A DNA stretch of 64,000 nucleotides from Bacteroidales bacterium (GCA_046483315.1 JAWODJ010000034.1:45285-109284); one strand, 5' to 3'; positions 1-10,592 are shown, counted from the first letter of the stretch. Notes: generated by a model from the sequence alone, not told the origin. Numbers and translations: made by a program.

Positions 1-512
1 CGGGTATGGGCGGATATATTGTGCTTGTATTTTTTGCTGCACAGTTTGTATACTTTTTCAACCACAGCAACCTGGGACTTATAATCGCTATAAAAGGGGC
101 ATCAGGTCTGAGAGATATAGGATTTACCGGCCCCATGCTTATCGTTGCGTTTGTATTGCTCTCTGCATTTATCAATCTTTTCATGGGCAGCGCCTCGGCT
201 AAATGGGCGATAATAGCCCCGGTGTTCATCCCTATGCTGATGCTGCTGGATAACCCCTACCACCCGGGAATTACACAGGCAGCTTTCAGGATAGGTGATT
301 CGCTAACCAACCTGATTACACCAATGATGAGTTATTTTGCACTGATTGTCACATTCGCACAAAAATATGATGAGCGTTATGGTATAGGAACAATCATCTC
401 AACCATGCTGCCCTACACAATTTTTCTGACTATCTTCTGGACTTTGCTTATGGTTCTGTGGGTCTATCTTGGTATTCCGCTCGGACCAGGCGGACCCATT
501 TATATTCAGTAA
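1..512 (+). CDS. AbgT family transporter, C-terminal part (5' end lies outside the window)
   Basis: The reading frame is open to the window edge. The polytopic C-terminal sequence ([40 protein letters not shown]) matches my recollection of AbgT/MtrF-family C-termini. Confidence 0.8.
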   Translation, partial: GMGGYIVLVFFAAQFVYFFNHSNLGLIIAIKGASGLRDIGFTGPMLIVAFVLLSAFINLFMGSASAKWAIIAPVFIPMLMLLDNPYHPGITQAAFRIGDSLTNLITPMMSYFALIVTFAQKYDERYGIGTIISTMLPYTIFLTIFWTLLMVLWVYLGIPLGPGGPIYIQ

Positions 513-582
513 AAATATCAGGAATAAATAATGCCGGGTTAAAAGCTTAATTTTGCCCCCGGTAAAACAGGCTCTCAGCTTG

Positions 583-1326
583 TTATTCCAGGGCATTTGC
601 CACCTCATCGGTAATATCAAGGTTGTGATATACATTCTGCACATCATCATCATCTTCAAACTCTTCGATAATCTTGAGCACCTTAAGTGCATCATTAACT
701 TCAAGTTGCTTTAGATCGTTTGGAATACGCTGAAGTCCCGCATTCTCAGGTTCTATTCCCCTCTCCTCTATAGTTTTCCTTACCCTGCCAAAATCCTCCA
801 TTGAAGTGGTTATATAATAAACATCATCGCTTACGTCAATATCCTCAGCTCCCGCATCAATAATTTCCAGCTCAAAGGATTCCGGGTCATCAATCTTTCC
901 TGAAGGTACTGTGATGATCCCCTTACGATCGAAAAGAAACCCGAGTGATCCGTGTGTTCCGAGATTGCCTCCCCTTTTATTGAAAAGTGATTTTATATTA
1001 CCCACTGTACGAAGATGATTATCAGTAAGGCACTCAATGAATATTGCAACTCCGTGCGGGGCATAACCCTCAAAAGTTACCTCCTGCAAATTTGACGGAT
1101 CCCTGTCTGCCTTGTTGATAGCTCTTTCAATGTTATCCTTGGGCATGTTGGCACCCCTGGCATTGTCCAGGGCAAGCCTTAGACGCGGATTGGCTTCCGG
1201 ATCAGGGCCTCCTTCCCTCACTGAGACATCTATTTCCTTGACAATGCGGGAAAATATTTTACTGCGTTTTGCATCGAGGGCGCCCTTTTTCCTCTTTATG
1301 GTTGACCATTTACTGTGTCCCGACAT
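583..1326 (-). CDS. yebC: YebC/PmpR family DNA-binding regulatory protein
   Basis: 247-aa ORF that begins MSGHSKWSTIKRKKGALDAKRSKIF, the hallmark N-terminus of the YebC family. Confidence 0.93.
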   Translation of the reverse strand: MSGHSKWSTIKRKKGALDAKRSKIFSRIVKEIDVSVREGGPDPEANPRLRLALDNARGANMPKDNIERAINKADRDPSNLQEVTFEGYAPHGVAIFIECLTDNHLRTVGNIKSLFNKRGGNLGTHGSLGFLFDRKGIITVPSGKIDDPESFELEIIDAGAEDIDVSDDVYYITTSMEDFGRVRKTIEERGIEPENAGLQRIPNDLKQLEVNDALKVLKIIEEFEDDDDVQNVYHNLDITDEVANALE

Positions 1327-1424
1327 AACAAAATCAATTTATGGCAAAGATAAAGGATTCCTTTTTTTGTAACACATTAAACCCCTATTAAAATAATCCC
1401 GAACAGGAAGCAGCCATGATCCTC

Positions 1425-1455
1425 TTTGTAAATCAACCGGCAAGGCGTAACTTTG
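1425..1455 (+). promoter_or_regulatory. Bacteroidota-type promoter for miaB (-33 TTTG, -7 TAACTTTG)
   Basis: TTTG at 1425-1428 and an exact TAnnTTTG at 1448-1455, 19 nt apart and 26 nt upstream of the ORF start. Confidence 0.45.
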
Positions 1456-1480
1456 CAAATATAATCTTTGACTGCTCTCT

Positions 1481-2863
1481 ATGAAAAAATCATATATTTC
1501 ACCTTCCGTTAAAACCGCCGTAACCGGAATAACAGACATGCGCAGGGTCTACATAGAAACCTACGGCTGCCAGATGAACGTAAGCGACAGCGAAGTAGTG
1601 GTTTCCATTATGCAGGATAACGGTATTGGAAGCACCCCTGATATTGACCAGGCCGATATCATTCTTATCAATACCTGTTCGATCAGGGAGAATGCCGAAC
1701 AGAGGATATGGGGAAGGCTTAACCTGTTCAGGCAGATCAAGAAGAAGCGCCCCGAAGTGCTTGTAGGAATTATAGGTTGCATGGCAGAAAGGCTTAAAGA
1801 AAAACTGCTTGAAGAGGATAAACTTGTCGATATTGTGATCGGACCCGATGCATACCGTGAACTGCCTGCTCTTATCGAAGAAGCTGAAGCCGGCCGGCAG
1901 GCCATCAACGTCCTCCTGAGCCGGGAAGAAACCTACGCAGATATCAGTCCTGTCAGGCTGGACAAGAACAAGGTGTCTGCATTCGTCTCGATCATGAGGG
2001 GCTGCAACAATTTCTGCTCCTATTGTGTTGTTCCGCTTACGCGGGGAAGAGAACGCAGTCGTGATCCGCAGACAGTATTCAGGGAAATTTATGAGCTTCA
2101 TCAAAAGGGTTACCGGGAAGTCACCCTGCTGGGACAGAATGTGAACTCATACAGATGGAAAAAGGATGACGGCACAGGCACCATAAATTTTGCACACCTG
2201 CTTGGCGAAGCCGCAGAGAGACACCCGGAGATGCGGCTGCGATTTTCAACATCCCACCCCAGGGATATAAGCGATGAGCTGCTCCGTACCATCGCCGGCC
2301 ATGACAATATATGCAAACACATACATCTTCCCGTACAATCGGGCAGCAGCAGGATTCTGAAACTTATGAACAGAAAATATGACAGGGAGCAGTACCTGGA
2401 GCGAGTTTCTGCTGTCAGGCAGATAATTCCCGGCTGCTCCATCTCAACAGATATCATTACAGGATTCTGCTCGGAGAGTGAAGAAGACCACCGGCAAACC
2501 CTCAGCCTGATGGAGCTGGCAGGCTATGATTTTGCCTATATGTTCAAATACTCCGAAAGGCCGGATACCCCTGCCGCCAAAAAATTAAGGGATGATGTGC
2601 CTGAGGAGGTAAAATCCAGGCGGCTCAATGAGATCATAGAACTGCAGGGCAGGCTTTCTGCCCGGAGCAAGGAATCTGACCCGGGTAAAATTTTTGAAGT
2701 ACTGGTTGAAGGAACTTCCAAAAAATCCGTGGATGAACTTTACGGGCGGACATCCCGGAACAAGGTCGTTGTTTTCCCCGGCAGGGGATATAAACCAGGC
2801 GATTATGTTAATATAAGGATTACCCGTTTTACACCTGCCACGCTTATTGGTATTCCTGTCTGA
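1481..2863 (+). CDS. miaB: tRNA (N6-isopentenyl adenosine(37)-C2)-methylthiotransferase MiaB
   Basis: Has the YIETYGCQMN N-terminal MTTase motif, the radical-SAM CNNFCSYC (CxxxCxxC) motif and a C-terminal TRAM-like region. Translation may start at the internal MRRVY instead. Confidence 0.93.
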   Translation: MKKSYISPSVKTAVTGITDMRRVYIETYGCQMNVSDSEVVVSIMQDNGIGSTPDIDQADIILINTCSIRENAEQRIWGRLNLFRQIKKKRPEVLVGIIGCMAERLKEKLLEEDKLVDIVIGPDAYRELPALIEEAEAGRQAINVLLSREETYADISPVRLDKNKVSAFVSIMRGCNNFCSYCVVPLTRGRERSRDPQTVFREIYELHQKGYREVTLLGQNVNSYRWKKDDGTGTINFAHLLGEAAERHPEMRLRFSTSHPRDISDELLRTIAGHDNICKHIHLPVQSGSSRILKLMNRKYDREQYLERVSAVRQIIPGCSISTDIITGFCSESEEDHRQTLSLMELAGYDFAYMFKYSERPDTPAAKKLRDDVPEEVKSRRLNEIIELQGRLSARSKESDPGKIFEVLVEGTSKKSVDELYGRTSRNKVVVFPGRGYKPGDYVNIRITRFTPATLIGIPV

Positions 2864-2874
2864 TATGCAGAAAA

Positions 2875-3723
2875 TTATCTCACGGCAGCTTCACCGGGCA
2901 TAAGTTGTAACAATTCATTGTACAATTCTCCCCCTTCTTCTGATCTGATAACCAGTATCTGATTCTTCCCGTACCTGCCTGTAACACCACCCTCCCCGAG
3001 TTGGGATTCGACAGCTGCCATAGCTTCATTGTCCCATAAGGGACAGGTCTCGATAAGCATAATATCTGCCTTCTCATCATTCAGTGCCATTTCAAGGAAA
3101 AAAACCTGGTAGTTATCCAGTTCCTGAAAAACAGGGGCAAGAGAGGGCAGTGCATTCTGCAGACCCAGTATTCCCTTAATAACCTTTATATCGTCAATAT
3201 GGTTCATGAACAATTCATGCTGAAAAAAGGCGGGCAGGATATATCTGACTCCTTCTGCCCTCGATGCTATAATGCTCCCTATTTCAGCCGAAAGTTCATT
3301 TGCTTCAGTGCTGCCGGAATAATTAATCAATGAAAGATAATAGTTGCCCGAATAAAACTGGTACTGGTATTTATTCAGACAATCACCTGCAACCACAACA
3401 CCGCTCTCCTCACACCCGTGCCTTGAAACCGAATAGATGCCGAAGGCGGACTGGGCTCCGTTCATCCGGTACAATTCAAGCCTGAACTGTTCACCGTGCC
3501 ATGATATCTCCTGGAGAGCCATCCTGTCAAAACCATATTCATGGTACAGATCCGCTCCGCCGTTTATAAGTCCCCATAACGCACTGCCAGCATAAACCTC
3601 ATCCCTGGTAATCTCTGCTCCCGGAAGATCCTTACCGGCGGGCACGGGCATATCGCCTTCAGTGCCGGTCAGACCGGTAATAATAGCATTCAGAAGCACC
3701 ATTAATATGACATGTCCCTTCAT
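2875..3723 (-). CDS. Exported protein of unknown function
   Basis: 282-aa ORF with a hydrophobic N-terminal signal-like segment (MKGHVILMVLLNAIITGLTG). It starts 13 nt after the stop of the upstream DUF362 gene on the same strand. I recognise no catalytic motif. Confidence 0.6.
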   Translation of the reverse strand: MKGHVILMVLLNAIITGLTGTEGDMPVPAGKDLPGAEITRDEVYAGSALWGLINGGADLYHEYGFDRMALQEISWHGEQFRLELYRMNGAQSAFGIYSVSRHGCEESGVVVAGDCLNKYQYQFYSGNYYLSLINYSGSTEANELSAEIGSIIASRAEGVRYILPAFFQHELFMNHIDDIKVIKGILGLQNALPSLAPVFQELDNYQVFFLEMALNDEKADIMLIETCPLWDNEAMAAVESQLGEGGVTGRYGKNQILVIRSEEGGELYNELLQLMPGEAAVR

Positions 3724-3735
3724 ATATGTTTTATA

Positions 3736-4896
3736 TTAAGCAAGTTCAATATTTCTGAGATCTATCCGGTCGCGGGCCGACACGCCAAGGCCTAATTCGC
3801 CGGCAAGTTTCATCTGTTTTTCTCCCGTATCCGAATAAGCATCCTGCCTGCCCATCTCTATCCTTTTCCCAATTATTATATCATATCCGGTCATATCAAC
3901 CGCTACCGGATCGGTGCCCAGCAATATCATTTTATAATCGGTGATGAACTGCGGATTAGCACCCGGTCCGCCGTCATAACAACCTCTTATGCCATCGGCA
4001 ATGTTCAGCACCACCTTGTCGCGTACAGGCGGGAAGGCACAAACCTCTGCAGAGGTTTCAGCCCATAGCGTTGAGTGAAGCCGGCTTGTATTTGTTATCA
4101 CCCCGTAACCAAGGTTTTTCAGGCAGAGGGTGATTGATGCCCCGGCATTCTTCATGACCGGCATGTTAATAATCTTGTCAAGCTGTTGTGTTACAATTTT
4201 CGAAAAATAGGAATATCTGCCCTGGTTAACCATAAAAGGAAGCAGGTAATCATCATACTCCATCTCACAGTCCGCCCAGTAGTACCAGTCCTTGTCGATC
4301 TTCGACAGACTGTAGAGTTCACCGTTCTCATCATAATATGACCCCTTCTCATCAACATGCTCGGTAGCCATAATTCTTATGCCCGGATAATTTTCTGCAG
4401 TAAACCCTGCTTCCCTCAGGTGCTGCATCCGGCGGTCAAAAATAACGATGTTGTTTCTTGATATCCCGCTCTGCTCAAGCTGTGATATGACTGACTGAAC
4501 AAGGGCATGGCTGGTTGAAAGAAGCTTACCGCCTATAGGGTTTACCTTGAGGCCTACTGCCTCACCAGGCTTAACGAACTGACGCCATGCAATTGATGCA
4601 TCATTTGTGCCTGTGAGTCCCATCATTCCCTCCTCAAGCATCAGGCAGGCGGCATCCTCCTTTATAGCATTGTCAGACAGAGGGTTATTGTGCCTGACTT
4701 TAACCACCCTTCCGGGATATTTCCCCGGCATCGAGTTCATGTTGCGGGGATATTTAAGTACATCAGCTATGTTAGTGGCAGTTTCCTGATCTGTTTTTGC
4801 AGATGCTGCAAGACTGCCTGCCATCAGCGGCGAAAGCCCTGCCCCGATCCCGCCCGCTGTTACAAGTCTGAAGAATTTACGGCGTCCTTTATCCAT
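3736..4896 (-). CDS. Twin-arginine-signal DUF362 domain protein
   Basis: The N-terminus MDKGRRKFFRLVTAGGIGAG carries an RRxFF Tat motif followed by an AxA-like cleavage region (ASA). The body resembles DUF362 (GLKVNPIGG, ITLCLKNLGYG). The family call is from memory. Confidence 0.75.
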   Translation of the reverse strand: MDKGRRKFFRLVTAGGIGAGLSPLMAGSLAASAKTDQETATNIADVLKYPRNMNSMPGKYPGRVVKVRHNNPLSDNAIKEDAACLMLEEGMMGLTGTNDASIAWRQFVKPGEAVGLKVNPIGGKLLSTSHALVQSVISQLEQSGISRNNIVIFDRRMQHLREAGFTAENYPGIRIMATEHVDEKGSYYDENGELYSLSKIDKDWYYWADCEMEYDDYLLPFMVNQGRYSYFSKIVTQQLDKIINMPVMKNAGASITLCLKNLGYGVITNTSRLHSTLWAETSAEVCAFPPVRDKVVLNIADGIRGCYDGGPGANPQFITDYKMILLGTDPVAVDMTGYDIIIGKRIEMGRQDAYSDTGEKQMKLAGELGLGVSARDRIDLRNIELA

Positions 4897-4978
4897 AACA
4901 ACAATTATTGGTTTATGATTTTACTCCTGACAGAACCGGTTCCGCCATCAGTTATTCCCCGGATTAATTTCAGCCTGT

Positions 4979-6736
4979 TTACCGGGCAGTATTATCAGGT
5001 TTTAATCTCAACTCCTTAAGCTGCTCCGGAGCCAGTTTTGATGGTGAATCAATCATCAGGTCCCGCCCTGAATTATTCTTGGGAAACGCAATCACATCCC
5101 TGATCGAGCCGGAGCCGGCAAAAACTGCAACCCACCTGTCAAAACCAAACGCCACACCGGCATGAGGAGGTGCTCCGTAGGTGAAAGCCTCCATCAGAAA
5201 TCCGAACTGCTGCCTGGCCTGTTCATCGGTAAACCCGAGTGTTCTAAACATCTTCTTCTGCAACTGGCCGTCATGAATACGCACAGAACCACCTCCTATC
5301 TCAACCCCGTTTATCACCAGATCGTATGCATTGGCGCGTACCGAGGCCGGATCGGTATCCAGCAGGGAAATATCTTCAGGCCTGGGTGAAGTAAACGGAT
5401 GATGCATTGCATAAAAACGGCTTGTCTCCTCATCCCACTCCAGGAGAGGGAAATCAACCACCCATAGCGGGGCAAAATCATCATCATTTACCAGTTCCAG
5501 TCTGCGACCCATCTCAAGTCTCAGCTCAGAAAGTGCCTCCCGGGTGGAATGACGGTCACCTGCCAGTATCAGCAGCAGGTCGCCCGGACGGGCACCAGAC
5601 AGCTCATTCCATCTTTTCAGTGCATCCTCATCATAAAACTTGTCCACCGACGATTTAACAGTACCATCTTCATTGTATTTCACGTAAACCAGTCCCTTTG
5701 CACCTATCTGTGGCTTCCTGACAAAATCTGTAAGCTCATCAAGCTGTTTACGGCTGTAAGAGGCACAGCCTACAGCACAGATGCCGGCAACATACGGAGC
5801 ATCGTCAAATACCCGGAAATCATGTCCCCTGGCATGCCCGGTCAGCTCAACGATCTCCATGCCGAACCTTATATCGGGTTTGTCGGTCCCGTACCTTTCC
5901 ATAGCATCCTCATAGCTTATCCGCGGAAACGGACCGTTGAAACTAATGTTCTTGATTTTAATGAACAGATGCTTCGCCAGACCCTCAAAGGTGCTGAGCA
6001 CATCATCCTGCCCGGCAAAAGCCATTTCACAGTCCACCTGCGTAAACTCAGGCTGCCTGTCCGCTCTCAGATCCTCGTCCCTGAAACACTTGACTATCTG
6101 GTAGTATTTGTCATAGCCGGAAACCATCAGAAGCTGCTTGAACATTTGCGGGGACTGCGGCAGGGCGTAAAATTCGCCGGGGTTCATCCGTGAAGGTACA
6201 ACAAAATCCCTCGCCCCCTCCGGAGTTGATTTTATCATTACCGGTGTCTCTATCTCGATAAAAGATTGCTTATCAAGATATCTCCTTATTTCACCGGCCA
6301 TCCTGTGCCGCAGTTCCATATTCTTTTTCATCACATTCCGGCGCAGGTCAAGGTACCTGAACTTCATCCTGAGCTCATCACCCCCGTCGGTATCGTCTTC
6401 AATAGTGAAGGGTGGAAGCACTGAAGCATTGAGCACTTTAAGTGTCCTGACCTCAATTTCGATATCTCCCGTTGCCATCCTGGGATTTTTATTGGAGCGT
6501 TCCCTTACTTTGCCAATTATCTGAATCACATACTCACGGCCCAGCTTTCTTGCCTCTCTGCACAATCCGGCATCGGCTTCCATATTAAAAACAAGCTGTG
6601 TTATCCCGTACCGGTCCCGCAGATCAATAAATGTCATTCCGCCAAGGTCACGTGAGCGCTGCACCCATCCACTCAGTGTAACTTCAGCGCCTTCATGTAT
6701 CTGATTCAGTTCTCCGCAGGTATGTGTCCTGTACAT
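4979..6736 (-). CDS. aspS: Aspartate--tRNA ligase
   Basis: 585-aa class II aminoacyl-tRNA synthetase with an N-terminal OB fold ([10 protein letters not shown]), [16 protein letters not shown] and GGGSVRIH motifs. Confidence 0.97.
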   Translation of the reverse strand: MYRTHTCGELNQIHEGAEVTLSGWVQRSRDLGGMTFIDLRDRYGITQLVFNMEADAGLCREARKLGREYVIQIIGKVRERSNKNPRMATGDIEIEVRTLKVLNASVLPPFTIEDDTDGGDELRMKFRYLDLRRNVMKKNMELRHRMAGEIRRYLDKQSFIEIETPVMIKSTPEGARDFVVPSRMNPGEFYALPQSPQMFKQLLMVSGYDKYYQIVKCFRDEDLRADRQPEFTQVDCEMAFAGQDDVLSTFEGLAKHLFIKIKNISFNGPFPRISYEDAMERYGTDKPDIRFGMEIVELTGHARGHDFRVFDDAPYVAGICAVGCASYSRKQLDELTDFVRKPQIGAKGLVYVKYNEDGTVKSSVDKFYDEDALKRWNELSGARPGDLLLILAGDRHSTREALSELRLEMGRRLELVNDDDFAPLWVVDFPLLEWDEETSRFYAMHHPFTSPRPEDISLLDTDPASVRANAYDLVINGVEIGGGSVRIHDGQLQKKMFRTLGFTDEQARQQFGFLMEAFTYGAPPHAGVAFGFDRWVAVFAGSGSIRDVIAFPKNNSGRDLMIDSPSKLAPEQLKELRLKPDNTAR

Positions 6737-6838
6737 CTTAAAAAATTTGGTTAGTTTGCTAAATTAAGAATATTTTTGCACTTAAGTCTGATCAGCAAGA
6801 AAAACAATTCCACCCGGCTCTCACTTAAACCAATATTA

Positions 6839-7285
6839 ATGGATATCCCTGTTTTTTCAGATACAAGCTTCATGAAAGAGGCACTCAAAGAGGCGCAAAA
6901 AGCACTGGAAAAAGATGAAGTGCCCGTCGGTGCCGTTATAGTAAGCAACAACATGGTAATAGCAAGGGCACACAACCTAACCGAGACCCTTAACGATCCA
7001 ACCGCCCATGCCGAGATGCAGGCATTCACCTCGGCCACCAACTACCTGGGAGGGAAATACCTTAACGATTGCACCCTGTATGTAACCCTTGAGCCCTGTA
7101 TTATGTGCGCCGGGGCTGCCTACTGGACCCGTATCGGAAAAATAGTTTGGGGAGCAACAGATGAAAAGCATGGATATACCCTCACCAATAAAAACATCCT
7201 TCATCCCAGAACGGCAATCATCAAAGACATCATGGAAAAAGAGTGCGCCACGCTGCTCAGGGAGTTTTTCAGTGGAAAAAGATGA
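6839..7285 (+). CDS. tadA: tRNA adenosine(34) deaminase TadA
   Basis: Carries the cytidine/deoxycytidylate deaminase zinc motifs HAEMQA and PCIMCAGA. I prefer the ATG at 6839 over the alternative start at 6776 because it gives a typical length of about 148 aa. Confidence 0.9.
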   Translation: MDIPVFSDTSFMKEALKEAQKALEKDEVPVGAVIVSNNMVIARAHNLTETLNDPTAHAEMQAFTSATNYLGGKYLNDCTLYVTLEPCIMCAGAAYWTRIGKIVWGATDEKHGYTLTNKNILHPRTAIIKDIMEKECATLLREFFSGKR

Positions 7286-7326
7286 TAAATTAACACTTTC
7301 AGATCACTGACATTCCACATTTTTTA

Positions 7327-7334
7327 TATTTTTG
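7327..7334 (+). promoter_or_regulatory. Candidate -7 box (TATTTTTG) upstream of the 1005-aa S9 peptidase gene
   Basis: Exact TAnnTTTG match. It implies a leader of about 155 nt. Confidence 0.35.
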
Positions 7335-7497
7335 CCTGACATTAAACCAAAGCATTTATAAGAATCATCCATGTGCCAGGTCACACAAAAAGGCATGAAT
7401 AAAGCATGGATGATCCATCGGAATTGAAAAACTGAATATGAATTACCTATTAAACATAATTAATTGAATATTAAATTGATAAACCTACTTTATACAG

Positions 7498-10400
7498 ATG
7501 AATAGTTTAAAGCTTTATTTCCGGAGTATAATCTTCACGGCAATAACCCTGATCATTTCCGGCAGTTATACTTTAACGGCCGTTGAAGGTCCCAACCCGG
7601 CAGAACCCGAAACTGATGTCCCTGAACCTGCAGGTGGCAAACCCGGATATCACAAAACCGGGGCCCCCGGGCCGGAAGATGGCGGAGATAAAGATCCTGT
7701 AACGGAAAAACCTCAACCGGTAGCATGGCAGGATGTTGCCGGCTGGAAATATATTCCCGGCGGATCGGTTACAATATCTAACGAAGGACAATGGTTTGCA
7801 TACTGGTACAGTCCCAATAAAGGCAACTCCGAGCTGATACTGCAAAACATCACCGGTGATACCCGTAAGGTTGTTCCCATTGGCGAAACATCCGGTGGTG
7901 GCGGAAATGCCATTGAGTTCAGCCACGATTCAAGGTTCATAGCCTTTATGGTGTATCCCACCGAAGAGGAAAAAGAGAAAGCAAAACAGGATGATGCCCC
8001 GTCAAATAAACTATGCCTTATAGATCTGCAAAATGACGAAGAGACCACATTTGAAAATGTGAAATCCTTCTCCTTCTCAGGAGAAAACCCCGGCTGGCTG
8101 GCTATCCATCTGAATACTCCCAGGCCATCGGGTGACAAAGGGGCAGGGAAAGGAACCGATCTGCTGCTTACAAATCTCCGGAAAGGAAATATCTTCAACT
8201 TTGGTAATGTCTCTGAATATGCATTTGATAAAAAGGGCAACTGGCTCGCCTGGCTTACCGATGCCCACGGCAAGGCAGGAAACGGATTGCAAATAAGGAA
8301 TATGAACACGGGAGAGGTGTTATCGCCCGAAAGCGACAAGGCTTCCTACCGCTACCTTAACTGGACAAAGGAGGGTGACGGACTGGCGATTCTGAAAGGT
8401 ATGGAGGATGATGATTTTACCGAAGATGTTTACTCGGTTATCGGTTTTCGCAGATTTGAAAAAGACGGTCCGGAAAAGGTGCTTTACAACCCTCATGAAG
8501 ATCCCTCCTTCCCCGATGAGATGACAATCAGCCCGAACCGTGGCCCCCTCTGGTCAGAGAATCTCAACACCCTTATCTTTGGTATACACCGTAACGTGAG
8601 GGAAGAAAAGAAAGATGATGACACCTTATCAGCAGCAGTAAATGATACTATAATCAAACCGGATAATGACACCATCAGCACTGCCGGTAATGATACCCTT
8701 ACAAAGAACACAGATGAAAAGCCCGACCTGGTATTATGGCACTGGAAGGACAGCCGTCTTCAGTCGGTCCAGAAAACCCGGGAAAGCAGGGATAAAAATT
8801 ACAGCTACCTCTCTCTTTACCATACCGGGGAAAATAAATTCATCCGTCTTGCCGATGACGATATGCGTACGATAAATGTTGCACCAAAGCAGAAATTCGC
8901 CCTCGGGATAGCCGACAGGGAGTATGAGTTGCTGGGAGGCATGAGCGGTGAGAACTTTGCCGATATATACATAGTTAACCTTGCAACCGGCGACCGGAAA
9001 ATGCTGCTTGAAAAGCACAGGATGCTCGGGGGATTCTCCCTTTCTCCCGACGGCGAAAAATTTACCTGGTACAGTGAGGGCAGTTATTATGCATGCACCT
9101 TTGCATCGGGACAGTCCGTTAACCTGACCGGAAATATCGCGGCATCTTTTGTTAATGAAGATAATGACCGTAATGTGGAGTTTCCTCCAACACCCTTATG
9201 GGGATGGACAAGCGACAGCAGGGAAGTCCTTATAAGGGACAACTGGAACGTATGGAAAATATCAGCCGACGGCAAAAAGTTTAATAATATCACCCTTGAC
9301 GGGGAAAGGAACGGAAAGCGCTACCAGTACCGGTTCCGGCTGGATCCTGATGAAGAGGGCATTGATCTCAGGCAGCCGGTATTCATGAGGGTGTTTGATG
9401 AAGGTTCAAAAAAAAGCGGTATAGCACGGATCGCCAGGGGCAGCAGCGGTGCATCACTACTGTTGTGGGACGATGCCACATACGGAGGCCTCAGGAAGGC
9501 TAAGAATAACGATATGTATTTCTTCACACGGGAAACGGTTACCGATCCGCCTGATTACTATGCTTCGGCTTCCATTGACCTGGGCGGGCATAAAAAGATC
9601 ACTGAGACCTTCCCCGAACAGGAAAACTTTACTCTCTCACCCGGATCAAGGCTGATCTCATTTGTAAGTGATAAAGGAGATACTCTCCAGGCGGCTCTCT
9701 TTTTGCCTGCAGGGTATGAGGAAGGAGAGCAATACCCTGCTCTGGTTTATATTTATGAAAGACTGACCCGGGGCCTTAACAGCTATAGCAGGCCATCCTT
9801 CCCGGGCGGAGGGTTCAACCGTGCAATGTACACCAGCAACGGCTATGCCGTGCTGATGCCCGATATAGTTTATCAACTCAACGATCCCGGAATGTCGGCG
9901 GTATGGTGTGTGCTGCCGGCTGTTGACGCTGCAATCGAAACGGGTATCGTTGACCCTGAAAATATTGCCATTCACGGCCACTCCTGGGGTGGTTACCAGA
10001 CATCTTTCCTGATAACACAGACTGACAGGTTCAAAGCTGCTGTTGCAGGTGCGCCGCTTACAAATATGATAAGCATGTACAGCCTTATATACTGGAACAC
10101 CGGCAGCACCAACCAGCCCATCTTTGAGAGTAGCCAGGGCAGGCTCACATCCGGATACTGGGACAACTGGAATGCTTTCAAACGCAATTCCCCCGTCTAT
10201 TATGCCCAAAATGTAAATACACCGCTGCTGCTGATGCATAATGACAAGGACGGAGCGGTGGACTTTACCCAGGGAATTGAATATTACAACACACTGAGAA
10301 GGCTTGAAAAACCGGTTATCATGCTTCAGTACGAGGGAGAGAATCACGGATTGCGAAAGACTGCCAACCAGATAGACTATGCCCTCCGGATGATGGAATT

Positions 10401-10515
10401 CCTGGATTATTACCTTAAAGGGGAAAATGCACCGGGATGGCTGAAAGAAGGCATTCCACTGCTGGAAATGAAAAAACACCTTGAAGAACGGCCTGCTGTA
10501 TTAACTGTGCAATAA
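7498..10515 (+). CDS. S9 family (prolyl oligopeptidase-type) serine peptidase with a long N-terminal region
   Basis: 1005 aa. It has an N-terminal signal/anchor, a Pro-rich linker, a propeller-like middle region, and a C-terminal alpha/beta-hydrolase domain with nucleophile elbow GHSWGGY plus later NDKDGAV and ENHG. Confidence 0.85.
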   Translation: MNSLKLYFRSIIFTAITLIISGSYTLTAVEGPNPAEPETDVPEPAGGKPGYHKTGAPGPEDGGDKDPVTEKPQPVAWQDVAGWKYIPGGSVTISNEGQWFAYWYSPNKGNSELILQNITGDTRKVVPIGETSGGGGNAIEFSHDSRFIAFMVYPTEEEKEKAKQDDAPSNKLCLIDLQNDEETTFENVKSFSFSGENPGWLAIHLNTPRPSGDKGAGKGTDLLLTNLRKGNIFNFGNVSEYAFDKKGNWLAWLTDAHGKAGNGLQIRNMNTGEVLSPESDKASYRYLNWTKEGDGLAILKGMEDDDFTEDVYSVIGFRRFEKDGPEKVLYNPHEDPSFPDEMTISPNRGPLWSENLNTLIFGIHRNVREEKKDDDTLSAAVNDTIIKPDNDTISTAGNDTLTKNTDEKPDLVLWHWKDSRLQSVQKTRESRDKNYSYLSLYHTGENKFIRLADDDMRTINVAPKQKFALGIADREYELLGGMSGENFADIYIVNLATGDRKMLLEKHRMLGGFSLSPDGEKFTWYSEGSYYACTFASGQSVNLTGNIAASFVNEDNDRNVEFPPTPLWGWTSDSREVLIRDNWNVWKISADGKKFNNITLDGERNGKRYQYRFRLDPDEEGIDLRQPVFMRVFDEGSKKSGIARIARGSSGASLLLWDDATYGGLRKAKNNDMYFFTRETVTDPPDYYASASIDLGGHKKITETFPEQENFTLSPGSRLISFVSDKGDTLQAALFLPAGYEEGEQYPALVYIYERLTRGLNSYSRPSFPGGGFNRAMYTSNGYAVLMPDIVYQLNDPGMSAVWCVLPAVDAAIETGIVDPENIAIHGHSWGGYQTSFLITQTDRFKAAVAGAPLTNMISMYSLIYWNTGSTNQPIFESSQGRLTSGYWDNWNAFKRNSPVYYAQNVNTPLLLMHNDKDGAVDFTQGIEYYNTLRRLEKPVIMLQYEGENHGLRKTANQIDYALRMMEFLDYYLKGENAPGWLKEGIPLLEMKKHLEERPAVLTVQ

Positions 10516-10592
10516 TAAAAGTCAGACGTTAAAATTAAAGGCTGGCTTACATCGGGCTGTTCCCCGAAAGGGAAACATTCAAAATTACTGAA

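Noticed and set aside
1499-2104. 201-aa antisense ORF inside miaB. Similar long antisense ORFs lie at 5549-6193 (inside aspS) and 7713-8339 (inside the S9 peptidase gene).
   Set aside because: All are embedded opposite strongly supported genes, and their compositionally odd products carry no motifs.
9658-10479. 273-aa ORF antisense to the catalytic domain of the 1005-aa S9 peptidase.
   Set aside because: The sense strand encodes a clear alpha/beta-hydrolase with the GHSWGGY nucleophile. The antisense product has no recognisable features.
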